A stretch of DNA of 49,251 nucleotides from a virus (taxonomy: Duplodnaviria > Caudoviricetes). Position numbers and translations under genes: made by a program. This document shows positions 1-8,084 of this stretch, piece after piece (position 1 is the stretch's first letter; each line of letters opens with the position of its first letter). The stretch is taken from IMG/VR virus record IMGVR_UViG_3300010219_000069, positions 1 through 49,251 of that record. One strand, given 5' to 3'. The notes beneath the pieces are model-generated. The model searched no databases and was not told the origin of the DNA. It saw only the letters and a list, made by a program, of their open reading frames with translations.

Positions 1-723
1 ATGAAAGTCGAGTATGACAATCTGACCCCCCTTTACGATCAGGTCAAACGCTCGCTGCTCGGGGATCTCAAGACCGGCCGCTATCCCACGGGCACCTACC
101 TCCCGTCGGAAACTGAACTCTGCGCGCATTATGCCGTCAGCCGGATCACTCTGCGCCGGGCCGTCAGCGAACTCTGCTCCGAGGGTTACCTGAGGAAGGT
201 TCATGGCCGAGGAACGCTTGTCCTGAAGCCGAAGCTGAAACAGACCCTCGTGTCCCTCGGCGGCTTCACCGAGTCTCTCGCGAGTCTCGGCCACGAAGTG
301 CGCTACACAGTGCTGGACAGCGGAGTCCGTCCTGAGCTGGAGAGCGTCAAGGAGCTGCTCGAAGCAAAGCCGGCAGACCGGATCATGGCGATTCGGCGGC
401 TGCTCATAGTCGACGGCCACCCACTTACCCTCGAGAGCCTTTATTTCCTGCAGGATCGCTATGGGTTGGTATCGGAGTCTGTAACGCAGGGCGGCTCGTT
501 TTACGAAGCTCTCAGAACGCACTACAACGAGCAGCCAACCGGAGCCGAGCGCACCATCAATGTTGGTTTCCCCTCGGCCGCGGAATGCGAGCTCCTCGCC
601 TGCACGGCCTCGGAGCCTGTCTATCGCATCGAGAAACTGGTTCTCGGCAGGAAGAGACGTCCGATCTCGTTCTCGATTATCGTCACACCGGCCGAGCGAG
701 TCACATACTCCATCAATGTCTGA
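1..723 (+). CDS. GntR/HutC-family transcriptional regulator (wHTH + UTRA domain), host gene
   Basis: N-terminal PLYDQVK...LPSETELCAHYAVSRITLRRAVSEL...GRGTLV GntR helix-turn-helix; C-terminal UTRA-like region. Confidence 0.92.
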   Translation: MKVEYDNLTPLYDQVKRSLLGDLKTGRYPTGTYLPSETELCAHYAVSRITLRRAVSELCSEGYLRKVHGRGTLVLKPKLKQTLVSLGGFTESLASLGHEVRYTVLDSGVRPELESVKELLEAKPADRIMAIRRLLIVDGHPLTLESLYFLQDRYGLVSESVTQGGSFYEALRTHYNEQPTGAERTINVGFPSAAECELLACTASEPVYRIEKLVLGRKRRPISFSIIVTPAERVTYSINV

Positions 724-869
724 CAAGAGCGCCGATGCCACCCTTAATCACAGGCGCCGTGTTGACGGCATTGGCACTTGTCGCATTGCTTGCCCTGACC
801 GCATTCCCGGCCAGCCGGTTGGATTCGCACACCAGGGCCATCGTCTCATCGAAGGCCTGCTTGGTCTGC

Positions 870-1301
870 ACATCGACACGCAACGGGGCAGACAATCGAC
901 TTTCTGCTTTCGCCCAAGTGCGGGATGCCGCGGCCGCCTGACAGTTCTTCCGCAAGGCACTGGAGCAGCCGCATACGGTCAATCCACGGACGATCACGGT
1001 CGACAAGAATGCGGCCTACCCAATCGCGACAAAAGCCATGAAAAGGGAGGGGACGCTATGGCGCTTCGCCAAACTCAGGCAGGTGAATTTTTTGAATAAC
1101 ATGGTCGAGCAGGATCACCGGCGCATCAAGCATCTGGTCCGGCCAGGGATGGGCTTCAAGAACTTCATGTCTGCCTCCCAGACGATTGCCGGGTACGAGA
1201 CTATGGCGATGATCCGCAAGGGACAGGTCGTCAGTGGATCAGCAGATCACATGGACGCTCAGCGCGACTTCATTGCAGACCTGTTCGGCGCAACCGCGTA
1301 A
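870..1301 (+). pseudogene. IS6-family transposase remnant (C-terminal DDE region, interrupted)
   Basis: Fragments GQTIDFLL, FFRKALEQPH...PRTITVDKNAAYP and LNNMVEQDHRRIK...GMGFK match IS6 DDE motifs; frameshift and in-frame TGA near 939; 5' part missing, start approximate. Confidence 0.88.
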
Positions 1302-1340
1302 CGTGCGTCCTGGGCGGACTTTCGCATGACTTACGCCAGG

Positions 1341-1354
1341 AGTTGCAACGAACC
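1341..1354. repeat. Degenerate right terminal inverted repeat of IS6 remnant
   Basis: AGTTGCAACGAACC resembles the IS6 end TTGCAACAGAACC, 40 bp after the transposase stop. Confidence 0.6.
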
Positions 1355-1416
1355 GCAATAACCGATGAAGGACTGTCAACGACAGTTCTCATGCTAGGCT
1401 AAGTTCTTGAGAATAT

Positions 1417-1461
1417 TGGTGGGTGTGCAAGGATTCGAACCTTGGACCCGCTGATTAAGAG
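1417..1461 (-). tRNA. 3' half of tRNA-Lys(CTT); prophage att core (not a complete tRNA)
   Basis: Reverse complement CTCTTAATCAGCGGGTCCAAGGTTCGAATCCTTGCACACCCACCA = anticodon loop, T-arm (GGTTCGAATCC), acceptor 3' strand and CCA; similarity stops at the anticodon loop. Confidence 0.92.
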
Positions 1462-1473
1462 ACACCTCTTATC

Positions 1474-1555
1474 GCTGTAAGATCAACAACTTGAATGTAA
1501 ACCGACGCCAAAACAGGGCACGGAAATTCAATGACTTACAGCAGAAATGTAAAAC
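1474..1555. repeat. Putative integrase arm-type / Xis binding sites
   Basis: GCTGTAAG (1474) and CTTACAGC (1535) are inverted; TGTAAA(A)C at 1496 and 1548 recurs at 49236 (TGTAAAAC) and 49247 (TGTAA) at the other prophage end. Confidence 0.5.
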
Positions 1556-1601
1556 GAAAATCGACCTTTCTTCCCGCCCCTCTCGCTATCGGGAGGATGG
1601 G

Positions 1602-2078
1602 ATGAGGCGCTACGCACAGGACACCTCCGTCTCCACGGACAAGAGCATCTCCGAGATCCGCAACACTGTCCTCCGCTATGGTGCCTCCGAGTTCATGCAC
1701 GCCGAGGGCGAGGCCCAGGCTGTCATCATGTTCTCGATGCACGACCGCCGCGTGATGTTCCGGGTCAACATGCCCGATCCGAAGAGCAAGGCGTTCACCC
1801 ATACGCCCGGGCAAGGGAAGCTCAGGACGAAAGAGGCGGCCCATCAGGCATGGGAACAAGCCTGCCGCGCACGGTGGCGCTCCTTGGCCCTCGTGGTGAA
1901 GGCCAAGCTGGAGGCCGTGGCCTCAGGCATTACCGAGTTCGAAACGGAGTTCCTCGGCAACATCGTCATGCCGGGCACGAGCGTTACGGTCGGCGAGTTC
2001 GTGAAAGAGGACCTGAGGCTCGCTTACGAGGTCGGCCACATGGTCCCGCTTCTACCGCCACCCGGGGGCCGCGCATGA
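1602..2078 (+). CDS. Phage hypothetical protein
   Basis: GGAGG RBS before ATG 1602; resembles a recurrent phage protein (RYAxxTxVS...RWRSLALVVKAKLEAV). Confidence 0.75.
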   Translation: MRRYAQDTSVSTDKSISEIRNTVLRYGASEFMHAEGEAQAVIMFSMHDRRVMFRVNMPDPKSKAFTHTPGQGKLRTKEAAHQAWEQACRARWRSLALVVKAKLEAVASGITEFETEFLGNIVMPGTSVTVGEFVKEDLRLAYEVGHMVPLLPPPGGRA

Positions 2079-2260
2079 ATACCCCTTCTCTGCCCATCCC
2101 TGCTCTGGAAGGGGGGATGAAGGAAGCAGTGTTGCACAAATGATACTAGAAAACACAAAAAGCGCGGCAGCGAATACCACGCTTGAATGTTCTCAGATTG
2201 TTCTTTACTGTCGCCGGTTGAGCTGTTGGCGCAGCTCACAACAGAAAAGGTGTATATCAA

Positions 2261-2680
2261 ATGTATATGGGGCAGTTAGCACTACACAGTAGGTCGGATC
2301 AAGAGGCAAAATTTGCCCAGATCTTCGAGTGGCAGGGGATGTCAGGGGAATGGTACCCTCATTCGATCCTGCCCTTCAGCAGATATCCTTACATGTTCGG
2401 TCGAGCGAACTACGTGTTCGTGCGGCGGGATCCATGGGGATCGGTGACGCCGATTTATATCGGCCAGACCACGGACCTACAGAGCCGAATGCGAGAGCAC
2501 GAGAAGTTCGATGCGGCGTTGAGACTTGGAGCAAATGAACTTCACGTTCATTCGCTAGCCAGAACGGTCGCGGAGCTTTTTCAGATCGAAACTGATCTGC
2601 GCAACGGGCATGCGACGCTCATCAATGAACAGCCCTCAAAGCTCGGGGATCTCCTAGCGAGCCGCCTGAGAAGCCTCTAA
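2261..2680 (+). CDS. Small GIY-YIG nuclease-superfamily protein
   Basis: ANYVFVRR...PIYIGQTTDLQSRMREH...IETDL pattern; preceded by an AT-rich intergenic region. Confidence 0.7.
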   Translation: MYMGQLALHSRSDQEAKFAQIFEWQGMSGEWYPHSILPFSRYPYMFGRANYVFVRRDPWGSVTPIYIGQTTDLQSRMREHEKFDAALRLGANELHVHSLARTVAELFQIETDLRNGHATLINEQPSKLGDLLASRLRSL

Positions 2681-2756
2681 GACGCGAGGCGGGCTACACC
2701 TCACTGGCGTGGCCCGCCTCAACCCTCTCTTCACCCTTCCCTGCCATACCCATGGC

Positions 2757-3023
2757 ATGACCTATTCCCGCGACACCACCGCCATCTCCGAGCTCACCGG
2801 CCAGCCTGTCAGCACCTGGTCCGAAGAATGGCGGATCGAGACTGAAGCCAGGGCCATCCTGAAGATGTCGAAGGAGCAGAGGGACGCCTTCTTCTACGGC
2901 CGGAAGGACCAGGACGGGAAAACCATCGATCGCGGCGTGATCGGGATCCGAGGGCCAAAGGCGGTCGAGGAGCTGAAGGCTTATTGCGATCGGCTCCTTG
3001 AGGCCCGCGCCCGGAGAAACTGA
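2757..3023 (+). CDS. Phage hypothetical protein
   Basis: ORF 2709-3023 with likely start MTYSRD; stop overlaps the next ATG (TGATG). Confidence 0.6.
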   Translation: MTYSRDTTAISELTGQPVSTWSEEWRIETEARAILKMSKEQRDAFFYGRKDQDGKTIDRGVIGIRGPKAVEELKAYCDRLLEARARRN

Positions 3024-3205
3024 TGGAATACGATACTCACGCGGCCTACGTCGCCGCCACCCGCCGGACACGGCGACGGGCTCTCTTCATCCTGGCTATG
3101 GCAGTGATCGGCGCCCTCCTCGGACTGGCCTGGAGAATGCAGGCTCATGCCGAAACGGTCGATGGCAGCCGGTTCATGATCATCGACGGTGACACGGTCG
3201 ATTAG
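3023..3205 (+). pseudogene. Truncated thermonuclease (SNase)-like gene: signal/TM segment plus IIDGDT only
   Basis: Hydrophobic leader then ...IIDGDTVD-stop; (V/I)IDGDT is the first SNase motif; stop overlaps the convergent gene. Confidence 0.6.
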
Positions 3206-3429
3206 CTGTGCATCTTGAGATGAAAATGCGTTCGGTCGCCGACCACGAGCTCCGCCATGTCGTCGATCCGGTCGATGATGGCTTGGGCAATGTGGTAGTC
3301 CGGCGAACCTAAGGGGATCCGGGCGCGGGTCAGCTTATTCCGTACCTCTCCAAGAGCCCTCATTAGGTCCGGCCCCTCGACTTTGCGAAAGAGATCCAAC
3401 GGCAACTCCTGAGATCGGCGACGACTCAT
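3202..3429 (-). CDS. Small hypothetical protein, probably SOS-regulated
   Basis: MSRRRSQELP...HFHLKMHS; GGGGA RBS; LexA box just upstream. Confidence 0.7.
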   Translation of the reverse strand: MSRRRSQELPLDLFRKVEGPDLMRALGEVRNKLTRARIPLGSPDYHIAQAIIDRIDDMAELVVGDRTHFHLKMHS

Positions 3430-3446
3430 GGCATGTCCCCAAATGA

Positions 3447-3461
3447 GAACACATGAAGAAC
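3447..3461 (-). promoter_or_regulatory. Alphaproteobacterial LexA (SOS) box
   Basis: GAAC-acatgaa-GAAC, i.e. GTTC-N7-GTTC on the minus strand, 17 bp upstream of ATG 3429. Confidence 0.8.
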
Positions 3462-3637
3462 ATGCGCCTTGGCCGAGAGTCAAATCGTGCCAGTGTTACA
3501 TGTGGATAGCGGGGAAATTCACAGGCCGGAAACACGAAAGCCCCGCCCATCCACAGGGACAGGCGAGGCCTTTTGTTCAAGTGATGTGCCGCATCTCCCG
3601 ATCGGCGAGATAGAGTCGGTAAGCTTGGTGGCAACAA

Positions 3638-4396
3638 TTAAGCCGCCAGGCGCCGGGCCAAAACCCGCTCCAAGAAGGCGCGGAAATATTCGGCGGCCAC
3701 CGGCTCAAAGGCTTGATTGTAGTGGTTGGAATCCTTGAGGGCCTTAAGCTGTCCATGCCCTTCGATCAGAGGGCGGGTCGAGAGGAAGGGAATGCCTTCA
3801 CGGAGTTCAAGGCCCGCCAAAGTATTCGTGATCTTATCCCGCCCCGAGACAGGCTTCCCTTCATCGGTCAGGGCATAGAGATGATCCACCGTGGCGACGG
3901 GCGCGGCGCATGCCCTTGCGATCTGTTTCAAGCCCTGAAGAATATGCGGCGCAGAGACGGCAGATACCTTCAGGCTTTGAAGCGGATGCCCGACCGGCCA
4001 TAAAACCCCCGCCCCGTTCGTTGCAGCTTTCGGGTCAAGGCCAAGCCTGTACGCCTCGTTCCATAGCTTCGGATGGTGGAGATAAAACCCTGAGGCGGTG
4101 TAATCCCGCAGCAGCGAAACTTCGACTAGAACCAGATCAAGATTGCTGAGGTCGAACAGGCCCCTCAAGGTAGGGGCTTCACTCACTGGCGGGGCATCCA
4201 GAAAAGGCCTTAGGCTGGAAGGAACATCAACCTCCCCTGTCAGGATCCGAACGTATTGGAGCCCTTCGTTAACGGAGTGGGTAAACCAGCCGGGCTCCCG
4301 TGCATTCACGAGGTGAATGGCCCCCTGTTCCGCAAGAATGCGCAAGGGGCGGACGATCCGGCAGCTACCAACGGCGAGAACACGAGGTTTTGTCAT
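3638..4396 (-). CDS. Hypothetical protein, possibly SGNH/GDSL-like esterase
   Basis: N-terminal VLAVGSC (block I-like) and C-terminal DSNH (DxxH); fold is inferred. Confidence 0.5.
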   Translation of the reverse strand: MTKPRVLAVGSCRIVRPLRILAEQGAIHLVNAREPGWFTHSVNEGLQYVRILTGEVDVPSSLRPFLDAPPVSEAPTLRGLFDLSNLDLVLVEVSLLRDYTASGFYLHHPKLWNEAYRLGLDPKAATNGAGVLWPVGHPLQSLKVSAVSAPHILQGLKQIARACAAPVATVDHLYALTDEGKPVSGRDKITNTLAGLELREGIPFLSTRPLIEGHGQLKALKDSNHYNQAFEPVAAEYFRAFLERVLARRLAA

Positions 4397-4465
4397 TTCC
4401 TATTGCATGACATGGCTTCAGGAGGCGAGCAAGCCTACTCCGCCAAAGAGGAGGCAGATGCCGTC

Positions 4466-4789
4466 TCACCGCCCGCGCATCTGATCCAGCATTCGGCCAA
4501 GCAAGTGCTCGATCCGCTGGTTGCTCTCCTTGATGGCAATCAAGGTATAGAGCATCTCTGTATCGTGTTCCCGATGTTCCCGGGCAACACGATTGGCCTC
4601 CCGCAGCGTGTCCGTCATCCGCTCGATCGCGGCACCGTCTGCCGCGGTCACGCTCGGCACGACAACGTCTTTGCCTTTCTCGGGGAGGTTTTTGAACATG
4701 CCCCGGAGCCATGCCCATGTGGCAGCGAGGAAGGCGAGAATGGAAAGGACGACCTGCGCCCAAGGCGGTAGAGCTTCCAGCCCCTGCAT
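4466..4789 (-). CDS. Lysis-region membrane protein (1 TM + coiled coil)
   Basis: N-terminal hydrophobic helix; follows the lysis genes in the same operon. Confidence 0.65.
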   Translation of the reverse strand: MQGLEALPPWAQVVLSILAFLAATWAWLRGMFKNLPEKGKDVVVPSVTAADGAAIERMTDTLREANRVAREHREHDTEMLYTLIAIKESNQRIEHLLGRMLDQMRGR

Positions 4790-4795
4790 CGGCTC

Positions 4796-5230
4796 TTACC
4801 CCTCTGAAGCTTGCGCGATCCGGTAGTCCCTGGCAGCGCGATAGGTGGCATAGATGTCGAGCATGAGCAGCCAGGGGTAGACCGCCAAGCCCGTGGAGGC
4901 GTTGCCCGAGGCCATGAAGCCCAGGCTGATCTGGAGCCAGAAGAAACACGACAGGAAAGCCAGTGCCGACCGGATGTGATAGGTCGGCTTCCAGATGCCG
5001 TTGATGGTCAGAGCCATGAGCCTCACCAGCCCGGCGAACAGGCAGAACCAGCCCCATACGTCTTCCGAGGCGATCCGGGCCAGCCCGCCATAGGATGGGC
5101 TGCTCTGGAAGGTTGCCTCAGGCCGCAGGAGCATGAGCCCCCACGACGCGAGAATGGCGGCCAGCGTCCATTCAGGAGCGCGGCTCGGGAAGGTCTGAGT
5201 GAAGTGCAAGATCATCTTGCGGTGGGGCAT
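4796..5230 (-). CDS. Lysis-region 4-TM membrane protein
   Basis: Four hydrophobic segments; tightly coupled to the upstream holin-like gene. Confidence 0.7.
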   Translation of the reverse strand: MPHRKMILHFTQTFPSRAPEWTLAAILASWGLMLLRPEATFQSSPSYGGLARIASEDVWGWFCLFAGLVRLMALTINGIWKPTYHIRSALAFLSCFFWLQISLGFMASGNASTGLAVYPWLLMLDIYATYRAARDYRIAQASEG

Positions 5231-5232
5231 GG

Positions 5233-5787
5233 TCAGGCCCCCGACTTCTTCTCGATGACCTTCGGCACGACCATCTCAGCAATGGCCCGCACGGAGTCGC
5301 CGGCGCGCTTCGATCCGGCCGACGAACCAAGCCAATACTGCACGACCGTGCCAAAGGCAGGAATGAGCGCGCCGAAGAGCACATTGAGGAGCTGCGCCTG
5401 CTGCGGCGGCAGATCGACCGGCTGGACGAACAGCAGCCCCATCACGAGGAAGAAGCCGACGACCACGATCACCGAGATCACGGGCGCGCCCCAGGCGATG
5501 GCTGAGCCCTGCTGCGCCAGTTCGATCGTCTGGCGCCTGGCGCTCTGGACATCCTCGACGGCAAGGCGCGCCTCCTCGAGCTGGATCTTGGCCTGCTCCA
5601 CGAAGGCCTGAGCCAGCTGCGGGTTGGCCTGGATCTGGATCTGGGCCTTCTGCGGGTCATCCGTCCCGAAGACGATCTTGGCGGCGTCCGCCACCTTCCC
5701 CGCCGCGGCGCCGGCCTTAGCGCCCCCGAAGATCCCGATCAGGTCAGGGGCATACTGCAAGAGCAATCCGATGATGGGAGGCATCAC
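5233..5787 (-). CDS. Holin-like protein (GTA/3TM-holin type)
   Basis: DVQSARR...two TM helices...YWLGSSAGS motif; directly after the endolysin. Confidence 0.7.
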   Translation of the reverse strand: MMPPIIGLLLQYAPDLIGIFGGAKAGAAAGKVADAAKIVFGTDDPQKAQIQIQANPQLAQAFVEQAKIQLEEARLAVEDVQSARRQTIELAQQGSAIAWGAPVISVIVVVGFFLVMGLLFVQPVDLPPQQAQLLNVLFGALIPAFGTVVQYWLGSSAGSKRAGDSVRAIAEMVVPKVIEKKSGA

Positions 5788-6542
5788 GCTTTCCTTCCGA
5801 ACAGGGCCTCAAGGACATTCTTGAGGGAGGCATAGAAAAACCCGCCTGATGAGGCGGGCTGGGGGATGGGGGCCGGTGTGGGCTCGATGTCGGGTGGCGG
5901 TGGGATGGGGGCATCTGCCACGAGCTCAGGTCCATCAGGAGCGGACGGGATGTCTTCCCCTAGGACCGCCTTCATTTCCTTCGTGATGTCGATGCGGCGA
6001 GCGCTGGACCAATCCGGCGTGCTCTTGGCGGTCAGGCGGGTGTATTCGACCACGATCCCGTTGTTGGACCATTTGCCATCAAAGAACAGCTCGCACTCTT
6101 TGGTGCGGCGGGTGATGATCGAAGCAGGCTTGTTGTACCAGAGAAAAGCCGCGCGAGCGCCTTGGATATCCCCCTCTTTCCAGCGCCTCACCCAGGTCGC
6201 AGTCTTGATGTCGCCTGTGTTCCAGTGGAACGACAGTGCCGCCGTGAACTGCGCCTTGGTCAGAGGGTGCCCCTTGAAAGCCTCCAGCACCTCCTTGGCG
6301 TACTTCTGAAGTGCCCAGGCATAGACGGCAAGGCAATGCTCAAGGGGCTGGGGCTTGCCGATATACCGCTCGACGTTGTGACCGCTGGCGTTGGTGATCC
6401 CGACTGACCACGTCCACACGCCTTGGCTGTCCTTATAGGCTTGGCGGATGACGGCCTCGTGGGAGGCAATCTCAAGCGCGACGTCGCTATCGACTGTGGT
6501 CCATCCAGCAGGCAGCGCCCTCCCGAATGTATCGGTAGTCAT
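5784..6542 (-). CDS. Endolysin, GH24 (T4-like) lysozyme with Pro-rich linker and amphipathic C-tail
   Basis: HEAVIRQAYKDSQGVWT matches E-X8-D-X5-T; QFTAALSFHWNTG and RRTKECELF motifs. Confidence 0.88.
   Translation of the reverse strand: MTTDTFGRALPAGWTTVDSDVALEIASHEAVIRQAYKDSQGVWTWSVGITNASGHNVERYIGKPQPLEHCLAVYAWALQKYAKEVLEAFKGHPLTKAQFTAALSFHWNTGDIKTATWVRRWKEGDIQGARAAFLWYNKPASIITRRTKECELFFDGKWSNNGIVVEYTRLTAKSTPDWSSARRIDITKEMKAVLGEDIPSAPDGPELVADAPIPPPPDIEPTPAPIPQPASSGGFFYASLKNVLEALFGRKA
5836..5858 (-). terminator. Intrinsic terminator-like hairpin inside the endolysin 3' end
   Basis: Minus strand CCCGCCT-CATC-AGGCGGG-TTTTT. Confidence 0.5.
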
Positions 6543-6669
6543 GGGAATCCTCGTGGGGTGGAAGGAAGATCAGTTTTCAGGATGCCCGGGGGGTGACGTT
6601 GCGTCAGGGCCCGGCATGTGCGACTAACGGCATAAACAAAAGCCCGCCAACGCACCGACCTATGCCACT

Positions 6670-7779
6670 GTGACCCGCGACCACCCCCCCGAACCGGCTT
6701 TGCATCTGCCAGCGCTTGACGGACTTCGCTTCCTCGCGTTTCTGCTGGTCCTGATCCATCACACCCCGACCCTGACAACATCCGCCGTTCTGGTGCGTCT
6801 CAAGGCCTACGGGTGGGTTGGAGTCGAGCTGTTCTTCGTGATCTCGGCTTTCCTGTTCTTCCACCTGTTGCGGGCGGAGTATGGTAAGACAGGAACGGTG
6901 AAAATCGCGCATTTCTACATCCGGCGTATTCTGCGGATCTACCCGCTCATGGTCGCTTTCACGCTCGCGATGTTTTTAATTTATTCCCGAATGGATGCCC
7001 CGGCTGTGGGGCGGCTTCTCGGAGTGGCTTTATTCTCTGACAACCTGATATCGTGGTTCAAGCAATACAATCACATCATCCCATTTAGCGGCCATCTCTG
7101 GACGCTCTCATTCGAGTTCCAGGTCTACTTGACCATCCCGCTTGCGTTCATCGCCCTCAAGCGCTTCGGCACGCCCCGGTTCCTGCAAGGGATAGCGGCG
7201 CTAGCTCTGTTCGGGCTGTTGTTGCGTCTTAGTTTCAGCCTCTTGAAAGCCCCGCATCCTATTATCTGGGTCACGCCCTTTCTCAGGCCTGACTCCATTC
7301 TCCTCGGCATCCTATTGGCGCTCGGGGTCTTCGCGCGACTTCCGTTGCCGACAACAGGAGCGTGCTTCCTGGCCGCGACGGCTGCCTTTTCCACAGCGCC
7401 GCTGATCACATCAGGAACGCTTGGTGCCATGATCGGCTATCCGCTGGCAGCCGTTGCTTGCGCATCGCTGCTTCAGTTGGTTTTGACGTGGCATTCGGCA
7501 AAGACGCTTTTTTCATGGGCGCCGCTTCGTTTCCTGGGCACTATCTCGTTCGGGCTCTACGTCTTCCATCCGTTGTGCATCCGCCTTGCCACGAAGTGGC
7601 TCTCCAAAATCGGGCTCGCGACACAGCCAGCCACTGACCCACTTGACTGGAGCATCTTGTTCGGATCGTCCCTAGCCCTTACCGCAGCCATGGCCACAGT
7701 GAGCTACTTCTGCCTTGAGCGTCCCTTCCTCCGGATCAAGGATCGCTTTACCATCGTGAGGGGACGACCTGGCAACTAG
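6670..7779 (+). CDS. Acyltransferase-3 (OafA/YrhL-like) membrane O-acyltransferase; lysogenic-conversion moron
   Basis: LDGLRFLA...H, GVELFFVIS, FYIRRILRIYP, HLWTLSFEFQ, LGTISFGLYVFH and SYFCLERP motifs; opposite strand to the late operon. Confidence 0.93.
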   Translation: MTRDHPPEPALHLPALDGLRFLAFLLVLIHHTPTLTTSAVLVRLKAYGWVGVELFFVISAFLFFHLLRAEYGKTGTVKIAHFYIRRILRIYPLMVAFTLAMFLIYSRMDAPAVGRLLGVALFSDNLISWFKQYNHIIPFSGHLWTLSFEFQVYLTIPLAFIALKRFGTPRFLQGIAALALFGLLLRLSFSLLKAPHPIIWVTPFLRPDSILLGILLALGVFARLPLPTTGACFLAATAAFSTAPLITSGTLGAMIGYPLAAVACASLLQLVLTWHSAKTLFSWAPLRFLGTISFGLYVFHPLCIRLATKWLSKIGLATQPATDPLDWSILFGSSLALTAAMATVSYFCLERPFLRIKDRFTIVRGRPGN

Positions 7780-8084
7780 AGCGCGGGAAGCAGTTCATCT
7801 GATCGCGCCTGCCCGAAAGCGTTGTCAAACGCGGCTTTCAACGTCGGATAATCAGGATCATCTGTTGAGATGTAGGTCGTCTTCTGGACAAGCCATTTGA
7901 ATCGAGGTTCAGCGGCCTGCACAGCGGCATCAAACGCAGCCGCCTCTTCATTAGTCATGGACCTTATCAAGTCACCCCACTCGATGCGTTTGGGTTCTGG
8001 CCGTAAAGACGGAATTGGGTCCAACTCACCCAGATCGACTTCAACGATTTTCCCATCTCTCCAAATGCTAGCTTTTGTGGTCAT
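7776..8084 (-). CDS. Small protein after tail fibre (fibre chaperone-like by position)
   Basis: Start MTTKAS overlaps the fibre stop (TAATG); GGAGG RBS. Confidence 0.65.
   Translation of the reverse strand: MTTKASIWRDGKIVEVDLGELDPIPSLRPEPKRIEWGDLIRSMTNEEAAAFDAAVQAAEPRFKWLVQKTTYISTDDPDYPTLKAAFDNAFGQARSDELLPAL

Noticed and set aside
560-1099. ORFs 560-1099 and 585-941 as real genes
   Set aside because: They overlap the gntR end and the frameshifted IS6 remnant and encode no coherent protein
1417-1461. Functional tRNA-Lys gene
   Set aside because: Only the anticodon loop to CCA is present; the D-arm and 5' acceptor strand are absent, so it is an att duplication
6632-6660. Terminator upstream of the endolysin (minus strand GGCGGGCTTTTGTTT)
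   Set aside because: Only the 3' arm and T-tract are visible; no complementary 5' arm found
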